Assembly: GCA_963724125.1 (NCBI GenBank)
Contig: CAVRTJ010000011.1
Span: forward strand, 64,529-128,528
Length of the DNA: 64,000 nt
From: an uncultured Acidobacteriota bacterium
GTDB lineage: Bacteria; Acidobacteriota; UBA4820; DSQY01
Direction of reading: 5' to 3'
Part shown: piece by piece, positions 20,058-29,175 of the stretch
Layout of the letters: every line of letters starts with the position of its first letter
Position numbering within the stretch: position 1 is the first letter of the stretch
Notes under the pieces: generated by a model
The model's database searches: none
What the model was told of the DNA's origin: nothing
The model's input: only the letters and a program-made list of their open reading frames with translations
Made by a program: the position numbers and the translations under genes

Positions 20058-20654
20058 TCATTCCATGGCGGGTAGGTAGCTGGCTGCCATGGACTCCATG
20101 GCTTCCCAGATGTGCGACACGTCGTTGGACATGATGATTAGATCGTGGGGCCGGCCGAATATGTCCTTGACGTGATTCTTGAGCACGGCCTCCTTGTGAA
20201 ATCCCAGTTTTTCAAAGGCACGCTGGGCGGCGACCTGGTTGTCCACCACCTGGGCGATCATCTTGTCCAGCCCCATGTTTATGGATATTCTCACCAGGCC
20301 TCGGGCTAGTTCCGTGCCCAATCCGTTGCGCTGAAATGTCCGCGCCACGACAACTCGGATCTGGGCAACGTGGACGGTCCACCCGTGCCGCGTCCTGTAG
20401 AGGGTGGCGTTTCCGACGATCGTGCCGTTGTGCTCGGCGCAAAGGGGCACCATCGTGTCGTAGTCGATCTTCCTGATGAAGCCCTCCATGAACTCGGGCT
20501 TGGTCACGTCGTCCCGGAGGAAGAGTCTGTCCTCTTCGGGCAGGCCGCGGAAGAACTCGAGCAGGGCGGGGCCGTCTTCGCGTTTCAAGTACCTGATCGT
20601 TACCTTCGCGCCGTCCCGCAAGGTCACTACCTGAGGATAATCCGTCATTTTCAT
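20058..20654 (-). CDS. GNAT family N-acetyltransferase
   Basis: From GGGGAGAAAACA-ATG: MKMTDYPQVVTLRDGAKVTIRYLKREDGPALLEFF...IAQVVDNQVAAQRAFEKLGFHKEAVLKNHV.... Confidence 0.75.
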   Translation of the reverse strand: MKMTDYPQVVTLRDGAKVTIRYLKREDGPALLEFFRGLPEEDRLFLRDDVTKPEFMEGFIRKIDYDTMVPLCAEHNGTIVGNATLYRTRHGWTVHVAQIRVVVARTFQRNGLGTELARGLVRISINMGLDKMIAQVVDNQVAAQRAFEKLGFHKEAVLKNHVKDIFGRPHDLIIMSNDVSHIWEAMESMAASYLPAME

Positions 20655-20984
20655 TGTTTTCTCCCCATGAAAGTCTTCGTCGGTACAATTCCGCACGTTC
20701 AAGAAAGGCGGCTCGCTTCCGGCGAAAGGAACCCGATCCTCCGCAATCGAGCGGTTGCGGCGCCAAAAGTCAAGTCCACGCACGAGATGTAAAGGTCGAA
20801 AAACTATTAACCCTCTGTACAAATCTTATAACGGGGATTCGAAAGTTTCCACCCCACGTCATGCGGGGCAGTACCTTGAGGCGTCCCGGCGACGGTTCGG
20901 CGCGGCCTCAGGAGCATTTCGGGGCCGGGCTATTCTTGCCGCCGCCCGGACCGGTGGTATACACTGCGGACTTTCAGGGGGAGC

Positions 20985-22727
20985 ATGGTGGACAAATGCC
21001 GTGCCGCGGCGGTTTTCCTTTCCGCCGCGCTTGCAGTTGCTTTGCTGTCGGGGGGATGTTCGCGCGAGTCGGACGGGCGTTTCAATACGGGAGCCCAGGG
21101 TCCGGAGCCGGCGTCTTCGCAAGACGGCTCGTCTGATCAGGCCGCGAAGGGACGGCCGGAAGACGGCGGGACGCTTATCCGGGCCATTCCGGCCGATCCG
21201 GTCGCCCTGAATCCCGTCATTGCCAGCGACCAGGGCTCCTATGACGTCTACAAGTGGATCTTCGATCCCCTCATCGACATGGACCGGTCCATGCACCCGG
21301 TGGGTGTACTGGCCGAATCCTGGGAGACCAGCGCAGACGGCCTGACGACCGTATTCCACCTGCGGCGAAACGTGACCTGGCAGGACGGTGTGCCCTTCAC
21401 GGCGGATGACGTTCTCTTCACATATCGTGCGGCCATGGATCCGAACGTCGATGCGGTCAGCCAGCGACCTGCCTTCGCGAAGGTGGCGAGCGTTGAGAAG
21501 AGCGGGGCATACGCGGTCGTGGTTCACTGGAAGGAGCCGTACGCCCCGGGACTGGCTTCCTGGGTCTTTTACATAATGCCAGAACACCTCTACGACTATC
21601 CGCGGGGCAAGGGTGTGCTCTTCAATCGGAATCCCAGAAACGCCGAGCCCGTGGGCACGGGTCCGTACAGACTCTCGGAGTGGGACCGCGGGAGAAAGGT
21701 CGTCCTCACGGCCAACGATCATTATTTTGCGGGGAGGCCGCACCTCGACAGGCTGGTTTTCAAGATCATCCCCGAGCGCCAGACGAGGCTGGCGGCTTTC
21801 GAGACGCACCAGCTCGACGTGGTGGACCTGTCCGCGGAGCAACTGAAGCGCTTCGGACGGGACCCGCACTTCACGCGTTCCGCACACGTCTACGAGTACA
21901 GCGTGAGGCAGTTCCTCTACCTGGGCTGGAACATGGACGGGAGCAACCCCTTCTTCGCCGACCGGAGGGTTCGAAGGGCCATGACCCTGGCCATCAATCG
22001 ACGGGGAATCGTCGACAAGCTCCTCGACGGCCACGGCATGCTGGGGTCGAGCCCCCTTTATCCGGGCGGTTGGGCGAAGAACCCCGGGGTGAAGCCCCTG
22101 CCTTTCGACCCCGCGCGATCCGCCGCCCTGCTGGACCGGGCGGGGTGGAGGGACTCCGACGGCGACGGCGTTCGAGACAAGAACGGACGGCCTTTTTCTT
22201 TCGTGTGTCTGGTCCCCGCCGAGGCGCCCCAGTACGTGCGCTTTCTCCAGATCGTTCAGCAGGATCTGGAACGGGTGGGCGTGACCCTGTCCATCCGCAA
22301 GCTGGAATGGAGCGTTTTTCTGGACAGGACCGAGCGCCACGAATACCAGGCCTACCTCTCGGGCTGGGGCGTGGGCGACGATCCCGATCCCTACCAGCTT
22401 CTCGCTTCCTCGCAGTCCAGGATTCTGCCTTCGGGGGTCGGCGCGGGGCAGAACGACATGTCCTACCGCAGCGGAGAGGCGGATTCGGTGATGGATGCGG
22501 AGGAGAGAACCACGGATCCCGAAAAACGGCGGAAGATCTTCTGGAAGCTGGACAGGGTCGTTTCCGCAGACCAGCCGGTGACGGTTCTTTTCTGGGCGAA
22601 TCAGATCGTGGCCGTGCGCAGCCGGTTCCGGGGCGCACAAGTCAGCCGCTCAGGCTACGGGCTTTTCGGCTGGTACCCCTCTCTTCTGGAATGGTGGATA
22701 CCCCGGAAAATGCAGCAAATACGCTGA
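20985..22727 (+). CDS. ABC transporter substrate-binding lipoprotein, family 5 (peptide/nickel, DppA/OppA-like)
   Basis: Lipobox ...AVALLSGGCS. SBP_bac_5 fold over 580 aa (...YKWIFDPLIDMDRSMHPVGVLAESWETSADGLT...). Confidence 0.85.
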   Translation: MVDKCRAAAVFLSAALAVALLSGGCSRESDGRFNTGAQGPEPASSQDGSSDQAAKGRPEDGGTLIRAIPADPVALNPVIASDQGSYDVYKWIFDPLIDMDRSMHPVGVLAESWETSADGLTTVFHLRRNVTWQDGVPFTADDVLFTYRAAMDPNVDAVSQRPAFAKVASVEKSGAYAVVVHWKEPYAPGLASWVFYIMPEHLYDYPRGKGVLFNRNPRNAEPVGTGPYRLSEWDRGRKVVLTANDHYFAGRPHLDRLVFKIIPERQTRLAAFETHQLDVVDLSAEQLKRFGRDPHFTRSAHVYEYSVRQFLYLGWNMDGSNPFFADRRVRRAMTLAINRRGIVDKLLDGHGMLGSSPLYPGGWAKNPGVKPLPFDPARSAALLDRAGWRDSDGDGVRDKNGRPFSFVCLVPAEAPQYVRFLQIVQQDLERVGVTLSIRKLEWSVFLDRTERHEYQAYLSGWGVGDDPDPYQLLASSQSRILPSGVGAGQNDMSYRSGEADSVMDAEERTTDPEKRRKIFWKLDRVVSADQPVTVLFWANQIVAVRSRFRGAQVSRSGYGLFGWYPSLLEWWIPRKMQQIR

Positions 22728-22776
22728 ATCGGCAGGGGGGCTGAGTGACCGTGCGGCGGGCGCCGGAAAGTACTCG

Positions 22777-23883
22777 ATGCACGCGTTGGAGCCGGCACCC
22801 GGCATCTGTCGGGACCTTGCCGTGCTGAAGTATGCGCTGCGCCGCCTGCTTCTCATGGTGCCCACCCTCTTTCTGATCATGACGGTCGTCTTCGCGGTCG
22901 TGAAACTCGCGCCCGGAAATCCCTTTTCCTTCGCGCGTTACGGGGGGGGAAGGGCGGCTGCGCGCCTGAATCCGTCGGACTACGAAGTCCTTCTCCACAG
23001 GTACGGACTGGATAAGCCGTGGTACGTGCAATATGGCATCTGGTTGAAAAACCTCGCCACCGGATCCTTCGGCGAATCTTTCGGCCAGAAGCGTCCGGTG
23101 ATGAACGTGTTTCTGGGCCGGACCTTCGGGCCGGAGCCCGGTTCGGACGGACACACGGCGGCCGGGGAACCGATTTTCGAACGCTTCGTCCAGAGCCCCC
23201 TGGGAGCGACGTTTTTCCTGAATGGCATGGCGCTCCTTCTCGTTCTGGCCCTGGCCGTGCCCGCGGGGTTGCGCTCCGCCGCGAGGCCTGGGGGCAGGTT
23301 CGACAGGCTGAGCGGAGGTTTTATGTACGTGCTCTACGCCCTGCCTAATTTCTGGCTTGCCGTTCTGCTCATCATGCTCGTCGGCGTTCATTGGAAACTG
23401 CTGCCCTTCATCGGGATGCAGTCCGACGGGTATGCCGCCCTCACCCTGCTGGGCAAGGTCGCGGACCTGGTCCGGCACTCCGTTCTGCCCGCCCTGTGCC
23501 TGGCTTGCGGAGGTCTGGCCTACATCGCACGGTATACGAGGGGCGCCGTCCTCGACGTCCTCGGCCGTGATTTCATTCGAACCGCGCGGGCCAAAGGTCT
23601 GCGGGAGAGAACCGTGCTGGTGCGGCACGGTCTTAGAAACGCGCTGGTTCCGATGTTGACCCTGGCCGGCCTGCTCGTTCCCGCGCTCGTGTCGGGCAGC
23701 GTTATCATCGAGCCGATCTTCGCCTGGCCGGGGCTGGGGCAGCTCTATCTGCAATCGATCTACTCGAGAGACTACCCCGTGATACTGGCCGAATCCCTGC
23801 TGGGAGCGGTCGTGGTGCTGGTCAGCATGCTGGCCGTGGACCTCGCCTATGCCTGGGCGGACCCGAGGGTGAGGGTGGAGTGA
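22777..23883 (+). CDS. ABC transporter permease (DppB/OppB-like)
   Basis: ...FIRTARAKGLRERTVLVRHGLRNALVPMLTLAGL... carries the BPD_transp_1 EAA-like loop. Confidence 0.85.
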   Translation: MHALEPAPGICRDLAVLKYALRRLLLMVPTLFLIMTVVFAVVKLAPGNPFSFARYGGGRAAARLNPSDYEVLLHRYGLDKPWYVQYGIWLKNLATGSFGESFGQKRPVMNVFLGRTFGPEPGSDGHTAAGEPIFERFVQSPLGATFFLNGMALLLVLALAVPAGLRSAARPGGRFDRLSGGFMYVLYALPNFWLAVLLIMLVGVHWKLLPFIGMQSDGYAALTLLGKVADLVRHSVLPALCLACGGLAYIARYTRGAVLDVLGRDFIRTARAKGLRERTVLVRHGLRNALVPMLTLAGLLVPALVSGSVIIEPIFAWPGLGQLYLQSIYSRDYPVILAESLLGAVVVLVSMLAVDLAYAWADPRVRVE

Positions 23884-24046
23884 GATTTGGGATTAGGGAT
23901 TTGGGATTGCGGATTTAGAAACGGCTCGGGACGAGCCGTTGTGGCGGCCGGCGGGAGCCGGCCGGCGCCTTTACCTCCTGACCCTTCACCAGGCGGGCTT
24001 CTTCGAAGCTGTTTCTTCCGCCGACTTCACCGCGCCGTCAGGCGCA
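23884..24046. repeat. Mosaic intergenic repeat, copy A: heptad array, hairpin and GC palindromes, sitting inside the dpp operon between the two permease genes
   Basis: gatttgggattagggatttgggattgcggattt-AGAAACGGCTCGGGACGAGCCGTT-gtggcggccggcgggagccggccggcgcc...cttcttcgaagc.... Near-identical in reverse orientation at 60301-60480. Track ORFs 23887..24072 and 60297..60521 are translation artefacts of the repeat. Confidence 0.8.
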
Positions 24047-24084
24047 CAGGGTTCCGTGATCCCTTTGGCTAGAACGAGGCTTTC

Positions 24085-25197
24085 GTGATGAAGCGGAATG
24101 TGAGCATGGAAACGGGAGCGGGGCTCGTCTGGCGCAGGCTCCTGAAGAACCGGGCGGCGGCGGCGGGCCTTATCTTCCTGACCAGCATCGCCGTCGTGTC
24201 CTGGTGCGCCCCCCTCATTGCCAACAACAAGCCCCTGGTCGTCAGCTATCGGGGCCGCGTGACCTTCCCCGCGTTTCGCGATCTCTTCCCCTTCCGTTCT
24301 CTGCGAGCACGGGACCCGGTGGCGCGCAGGCTCCAGGCGGATCCTGACTGGCTGATCGACCGGCATTTCAGGACGGGCGGATCGATCGGCCTGCTGCTCA
24401 TGCCCCCCGTTCCCTATTCTCCATTCCAGACGCGGCTCGGGGACGCGCACCGCCCGCCCTCGGTATCTGACCGGCACTTCCTGGGGTGCGACGGGGAAGG
24501 CAGGGACGTTTTGTCGCGCATGGTCCACGGGGCGAAGGTATCCCTGCTCGTGGGCGTCTGCTCCGTCGGTCTGGCCTCCCTGGTCGGCCTGGTGCTGGGC
24601 GGGGCCGCCGGAATGCTGGGCGGGTGGTTCGACACGGTGATTGTTTCCCGGCTCATCGAGGTGATGCTCTGTTTCCCTTCCTTTTTTCTCATTCTCACGG
24701 TGGCGGCCGTCATGGACCAGCGCTATCTCAACATATGGACGATCATGCTGGTCATCGGGCTGACATCGTGGCCAGCCCCGGCTCGCTTCGTCAGGGGTGA
24801 GTTCATGCGTTTCAAGGAGACCGAGTTCGTTGCCGCGGCGAGGGCCCTCGGAAGCAGCCGCGTCGGCGTGGCCCGGCGGCACCTCGTGCCGAACGCACTG
24901 ACGCCGCTGATCATCAACGCCGCCTTCGGCATGGCCGGCGCGGTGCTGGTCGAGGCGGCGCTCTCCTTCCTGGGGGTAGGCGTCCAGCCTCCCGATCCGT
25001 CCTGGGGCAACGTGATGAGCGAGGTGATGCTCTTCTGGCGGGACTGGTGGCTGGGTGCTTTTCCCGGGGCCGCCATTTTCCTCACCGTTCTGTCGTACAA
25101 TCTGATGGGCGAGGGGCTGAGAGACGCCCTCGACCCGCAGGTCCGGTTCAAGGCCCGGCAGACCTCAGTGGTGGAAGGTGACCGACATGGCAGATAG
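24085..25197 (+). CDS. ABC transporter permease (DppC/OppC-like)
   Basis: ...HFLGCDGEGRDVLSRMVHGAKVSLLVGV...RALGSSRVGVARRHLVPNAL.... Confidence 0.85.
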   Translation: MMKRNVSMETGAGLVWRRLLKNRAAAAGLIFLTSIAVVSWCAPLIANNKPLVVSYRGRVTFPAFRDLFPFRSLRARDPVARRLQADPDWLIDRHFRTGGSIGLLLMPPVPYSPFQTRLGDAHRPPSVSDRHFLGCDGEGRDVLSRMVHGAKVSLLVGVCSVGLASLVGLVLGGAAGMLGGWFDTVIVSRLIEVMLCFPSFFLILTVAAVMDQRYLNIWTIMLVIGLTSWPAPARFVRGEFMRFKETEFVAAARALGSSRVGVARRHLVPNALTPLIINAAFGMAGAVLVEAALSFLGVGVQPPDPSWGNVMSEVMLFWRDWWLGAFPGAAIFLTVLSYNLMGEGLRDALDPQVRFKARQTSVVEGDRHGR

Positions 25198-26155
25198 AGG
25201 TTCCCCCAGAAAAAAAATGCCGCAAAATTGGTTACTCTGGGCCGATGACGCTCGGTACATGGAGGTGCCTTCCGGAGAGTGGAGCCTTCTCTGGGGAGGG
25301 GAGGACGGAGTTACGGACGTCAGCGCAGCCGATGCGGACGCAGCCAGATTTACGAATGAGGTACGGAGTCTCCCCATGTGGAGAGACGTGCAGGTCGTCC
25401 GTCTGCGCCACGCGAACCAGTCCTCGCCTGAACTGATCCAGGCGATCGCCTCCTATCTGGATTCGCCATCCGAGAAGACCGCCCTGTTGATCGAGTTCGT
25501 GGGGAATCTGGGCAGACCGTCCGCGGCCTGGAAGAACGTCCTGAGCAAGGTCCAAAGCCGTGGATGCACGCCCAGGAACGCGAGGGACCTCATCAGGGAG
25601 AAGGCCGGCGAAGCCGGGTTCACCATCCGCCCCGACGCCGTGTCCGCCTTGGAGGACTGGGCGAGCGGCGATTTCGGGAAACTTGCCTCGGCCATCGATC
25701 TCCTCTTCGTCTACAAGGCGGGAGAGGGCGTCATCGCCGCAGAGGACCTGGCGCGTCTCCTGGGGGCGGGAGGAACGCCGAGGCAGTGGGACGTGCAGGA
25801 TGCATTCCTGAAAAAGGACAAGAGGACCTTCGTCCGCCTGGTTCACCGGATCCAGCGGGACGGCGACGCCGTGCCCCTGGCCGTTCTCGGGATGATGGCC
25901 AAGCAGTTTCGCGCGCTCCTGCTCTTTCACAGCTTCAGGGCACGCGGGATGCCCTCCCAGGGGATAACCGCAAAAATGCTGGGATTGAATTACGACTGGC
26001 AGGCACGAAAACTCGGCGATACGGCCGGGATGTGGCCGGAATCCCGGGTGCGCGAAACGATCGGACGGTTCTACGACCTGGATCTTGCCTTGAAAGGTGC
26101 GCCGGGCGAGCCCTGGGCCATATTCGAGCGCCACCTTCTGCACGCGATGGCATAA
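25178..26155 (+). CDS. holA: DNA polymerase III delta subunit (start uncertain; alternatives at 25217 or 25259)
   Basis: ...WSLLWGGEDGV...LPMWRDVQVVRL...TALLIEFVGNLG...AIDLLFVYKAGEGVIAAEDLARLLG...FDVQDAFLKKDKRTFVRLVHRIQRDGDAVPLAVLGMMAKQFRALL. Confidence 0.65.
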   Translation: MTDMADRGSPRKKMPQNWLLWADDARYMEVPSGEWSLLWGGEDGVTDVSAADADAARFTNEVRSLPMWRDVQVVRLRHANQSSPELIQAIASYLDSPSEKTALLIEFVGNLGRPSAAWKNVLSKVQSRGCTPRNARDLIREKAGEAGFTIRPDAVSALEDWASGDFGKLASAIDLLFVYKAGEGVIAAEDLARLLGAGGTPRQWDVQDAFLKKDKRTFVRLVHRIQRDGDAVPLAVLGMMAKQFRALLLFHSFRARGMPSQGITAKMLGLNYDWQARKLGDTAGMWPESRVRETIGRFYDLDLALKGAPGEPWAIFERHLLHAMA

Positions 26156-26162
26156 AGCGCCG

Positions 26163-27797
26163 TCATGCCGGCGGCCGGACCATCACGACGCCGGGTTCAC
26201 CCCCCTTCAGGGCCTCCCTCAGGGCTCCGTCCGCCAGATCCAGCCAATCCTTGAGGGTCTTGAGGCCCGGGCCCGTCATGGCGGCGCCGGCCGCGAAGGC
26301 ACCCCTCATCCCCTGACCGCCGTCGCCGACGTGCTCGAGGGTTGAGAATTCTGCCTGCAGTCTGTTTAAGAGTGTGCGGGCGTCTTCTTCCGTCAACTGT
26401 TCGAGGACGAGGGCCACCAGGTCGTCGGCAAAGCGTCCCATGACGTCGGTCTGACGAACCCGGCGCTGCAAAAATTTGGCAAGGCCCTGGATGAGCAGGT
26501 TCCTGGTTCTCGGGGAGGGGGCGTCCTCCTCGTTCACCGGGTACACCTGGAGGAGAACCAGGGCGTAGGGGATCTGGTGCCTGGAGTAGCGGGACAGGCA
26601 GAGCCTCGCCTGCTGGAGGAAGGGCGTGTGGGCGAGCAGGGCGGTCAGCTCGTCGTGGTCCATCATGGCGCGCAGGCTGTGGTACCGGATCAGGCGGGAA
26701 CGGATGGTGCCCAGAAGTTCGCTGGAGGACACGGGCTTGATAAGGTAGTCGTCCCCGCCCGCCTCGGCGCCCTCTATCTGCGTCTGGCTCCTCGTCTCGG
26801 TGGTCAGGTAGACGACCGGAATGGCCGAAAAGCCCTCTTCCTGCCTGAGAAATCGTACAAGATCAAAACCTGAGACCTTCGGAAGCAGTACGTCCATCAG
26901 CACGAGGTCGGGCCGGAAGGTGTGGATCTCCGTTTCGAACAGCGCGGGGTCCGTGATGACGTGTGCCTGATAACCCGCTTTGTCGAGTGTGGTCTGGATG
27001 AATTGGGCCTGGGCCTTGTCGTCCTCCACCGCTATTATGCGGCCGTTGGACGCCTTCCGACGGCCGAGCAGGCTCTTTAACTTGCGGAGGAGAGTCGCCG
27101 GGTCCGGGGGATCGTTGACGAAGCCGTCGGCTCCGCAGCTGATGGCTTCCACCCTGTCCAGGAAACGTTGGTTGGATCCCAGGAGGATGACCGGAATGGA
27201 CCGTTCCGTTTCCATGTCGCGGATCTTCCTCACCAGGGACTGCCCCGGGCCGTCCGGGAGGTCTGAGGCAATGGCGGCCATATCCGGAAAATTAGCGCTC
27301 AGGATCCGATCCGCCTCCTCCAGGCTCCCCGCCGTTTGCACCTGGAGACCTCTCTTGGCGAGGAAATCAGAGAGGCCCGATCGGGCAGCGGAGGGGTGGT
27401 CGACGATGAGCGCCAGAGGTACGGCACGAACGTTGGCGGATTCGGGGGTTGCGGATCTGGGAGCCGACTCGGCGAGTGCCTGGAAGGCCAGGCGCAGACT
27501 TCGTGCGAGAACGCTGATCTGCTGGAGTTCGCTCCGGGTAGGGGGGCGGTCCGCCATGGTTGCCCCGTAACACAGGAATTCGCCCTCGCCGCCCAGTTCG
27601 CTCACCTTGGGTGCGCCGAAGATTTTGCCCGAGCCGGAGAAGTTGTGGAAGATTCGCTCCACGGTCTCGAAGTCGTCCTTCAGGCCCGGGTCCACCATAA
27701 GTCCACCGAGAAGTCTCTCCAACTCCGTTAGGTTCTGGCGGCTGTTCCGAAAATAGGTGACCCACGGCGCTTCCCTTTTCTCCTTCCGGTCAGCCAT
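26163..27797 (-). CDS. Response regulator with two receiver domains and a degenerate GGDEF domain
   Basis: REC domains ...IPVILLGSN...GADGFVNDP and ...PDLVLMDVLLPKVSGFDLVRFLRQ...AGGDDYLIKP. GGDEF-like ...HDELTALLAHTPF... but with RFADD in place of GG(D/E)EF. Confidence 0.7.
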   Translation of the reverse strand: MADRKEKREAPWVTYFRNSRQNLTELERLLGGLMVDPGLKDDFETVERIFHNFSGSGKIFGAPKVSELGGEGEFLCYGATMADRPPTRSELQQISVLARSLRLAFQALAESAPRSATPESANVRAVPLALIVDHPSAARSGLSDFLAKRGLQVQTAGSLEEADRILSANFPDMAAIASDLPDGPGQSLVRKIRDMETERSIPVILLGSNQRFLDRVEAISCGADGFVNDPPDPATLLRKLKSLLGRRKASNGRIIAVEDDKAQAQFIQTTLDKAGYQAHVITDPALFETEIHTFRPDLVLMDVLLPKVSGFDLVRFLRQEEGFSAIPVVYLTTETRSQTQIEGAEAGGDDYLIKPVSSSELLGTIRSRLIRYHSLRAMMDHDELTALLAHTPFLQQARLCLSRYSRHQIPYALVLLQVYPVNEEDAPSPRTRNLLIQGLAKFLQRRVRQTDVMGRFADDLVALVLEQLTEEDARTLLNRLQAEFSTLEHVGDGGQGMRGAFAAGAAMTGPGLKTLKDWLDLADGALREALKGGEPGVVMVRPPA

Positions 27798-27929
27798 GAA
27801 GATCCTCCTTCATCCATATTATCCATATTACGGATAAAAGCCGGGAACATCCAGCCAGCATTGACAGGGCGGGGCGCCGATGGTAGTGTATGCGTCTGCA
27901 TTGCCCGGGGGGCAATTAGGAGGTATCCG

Positions 27930-29000
27930 ATGCGTCGTTTCTTTTTTCTAGCGATGATTGTGACTCTAGTGGGACTGGTTTCCTTGGGGGCCTTCGCGAG
28001 GAGTAGCAAGGACAAGGACAACCAGAAGAAAGCCGCCGAAAGCCTGAAAATAGAAGATTTCATCAAAAAGGGTGAGTACGACAAGGCGATCGATCTGGCC
28101 AAGAAGTTCGAGGCCGCCGGCAAGGTCACCGAAGGCCTCTACATAGACCTGGGTGTGGCCTATTACAATAAGAAGGATTACCCGAACGCCATAGCCGCTT
28201 TCGAGAAGGCCGTCGAACAAAATCCGTTCGGGACGAAGGCCCTTCTCTACGAGGTGACCTGCTACAACGACATGAAGCAGCCGCAGAAGATCCTGGATAC
28301 ACTGCAGAGGGTTCTGGACATCGACCCGACGAAAACAGACGTACAGTACGACGTGGCCCAGCTCTGCGAGAAGATCGCCCAGAACCAGAACCTCATCGCG
28401 ACAATCAAAGTCAAGGATTCCGCCACGCCGGACGCCCCAGCCAAAACTCTCACTCAAAAGGAGTGGGTGGACAAGGCGCTTGAAGACTACAAGGCCATCT
28501 ACGACGAAAACGCCGGCTACAAGGACGTGGCGTTCGCCACCGGTCTCATCTATTTCAACCGCGGCGACTTCGAGAAGGCCCAGCCTTACCTTGAAAAGGC
28601 CGTCTCGGTCGATCCCAGCAACGACAATATTGTTCTGGCTCTCGGCCAGGATCAGCTGAAGGGCCAGAAGTACAAGGACGCTGTCACCACCCTCGCCAAA
28701 TATCTCGAGATAACCAAGAACGACACGCTCAAGCCGGCCGTTATGGACCAGATCGCGGTCGCCTACGAAAAAATCGATGACTACAACAACGCCCTGGTCT
28801 ATTACGGAAAGATCCTCGAACTCCGTCCCAGTAGCGAGAGGGCGCTCCTCGGCAAGGGCAACGCGCTGCTCCAGCTCAAGAAGTACGACGAAGCGCTTCC
28901 CGTCCTCGAGGAGTACATGAAGGTGTCGCACAACGACGCCAAGAAGCAGCAGGTTGAGAAAGTCATCCAGCAGCTCAAGGGGAGCAAGAAGCGTCGCTAG
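27930..29000 (+). CDS. Tetratricopeptide-repeat secreted protein
   Basis: RBS TTAGGAGGT then ATG at 27930. Signal peptide MRRFFFLAMIVTLVGLVSLGAFA. Repeated TPR units follow (...LGVAYYNKKDYPNAIAAFEKAVEQNP...). Confidence 0.8.
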   Translation: MRRFFFLAMIVTLVGLVSLGAFARSSKDKDNQKKAAESLKIEDFIKKGEYDKAIDLAKKFEAAGKVTEGLYIDLGVAYYNKKDYPNAIAAFEKAVEQNPFGTKALLYEVTCYNDMKQPQKILDTLQRVLDIDPTKTDVQYDVAQLCEKIAQNQNLIATIKVKDSATPDAPAKTLTQKEWVDKALEDYKAIYDENAGYKDVAFATGLIYFNRGDFEKAQPYLEKAVSVDPSNDNIVLALGQDQLKGQKYKDAVTTLAKYLEITKNDTLKPAVMDQIAVAYEKIDDYNNALVYYGKILELRPSSERALLGKGNALLQLKKYDEALPVLEEYMKVSHNDAKKQQVEKVIQQLKGSKKRR

Positions 29001-29025
29001 CCTCTTGTTCGAATGCAGTCCCAAA

Positions 29026-29051
29026 GGGGGGCCCTCCGGGCTCCCCTTTTT
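29026..29051 (+). terminator. Rho-independent terminator after the TPR gene
   Basis: GGGGGGCCC-tcc-GGGCTCCCC (9-bp stem with one G·U pair) followed by TTTTT. Confidence 0.7.
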
Positions 29052-29109
29052 GCGTCCCGCGCCTCCCGCACGAGGGCATACGGCAGCGACCCACCTGTCT
29101 CCGCGCTCT

Positions 29110-29146
29110 CCTTCTGCGACATTTCATCATTTGGTATAATATAAAA
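29110..29146 (+). promoter_or_regulatory. Sigma-70-type promoter with extended -10 (TGGTATAAT) for the zinc-ribbon/GspG-like gene
   Basis: catttGGTATAATataaaaatt sits about 35 nt upstream of the RBS GGGAGG and ATG 29176. The -35 element is weak. Confidence 0.5.
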
Positions 29147-29175
29147 ATTAGACGCACGCTCAATGGGAGGTGACA

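Noticed and set aside
18190-20061. 623-aa ORF suggesting a large N-terminal extension of SucC
   Set aside because: Homology starts at (M)[11 protein letters not shown], preceded by AGGAGA and a GTG at 19368. The upstream 230 aa have no similarity and overlap the divergent MarR gene.
23887-24072. Track ORFs 23887..24072 (+), 60297..60521 (-), 38629..38958 (+) and the 5' part of 60488..61447 (-), encoding GIWDLGF-type peptides
   Set aside because: They are translations of the GGGATTT heptad or hairpin repeat elements. There is no RBS, they are repeat-derived, and they recur identically wherever the repeat occurs.
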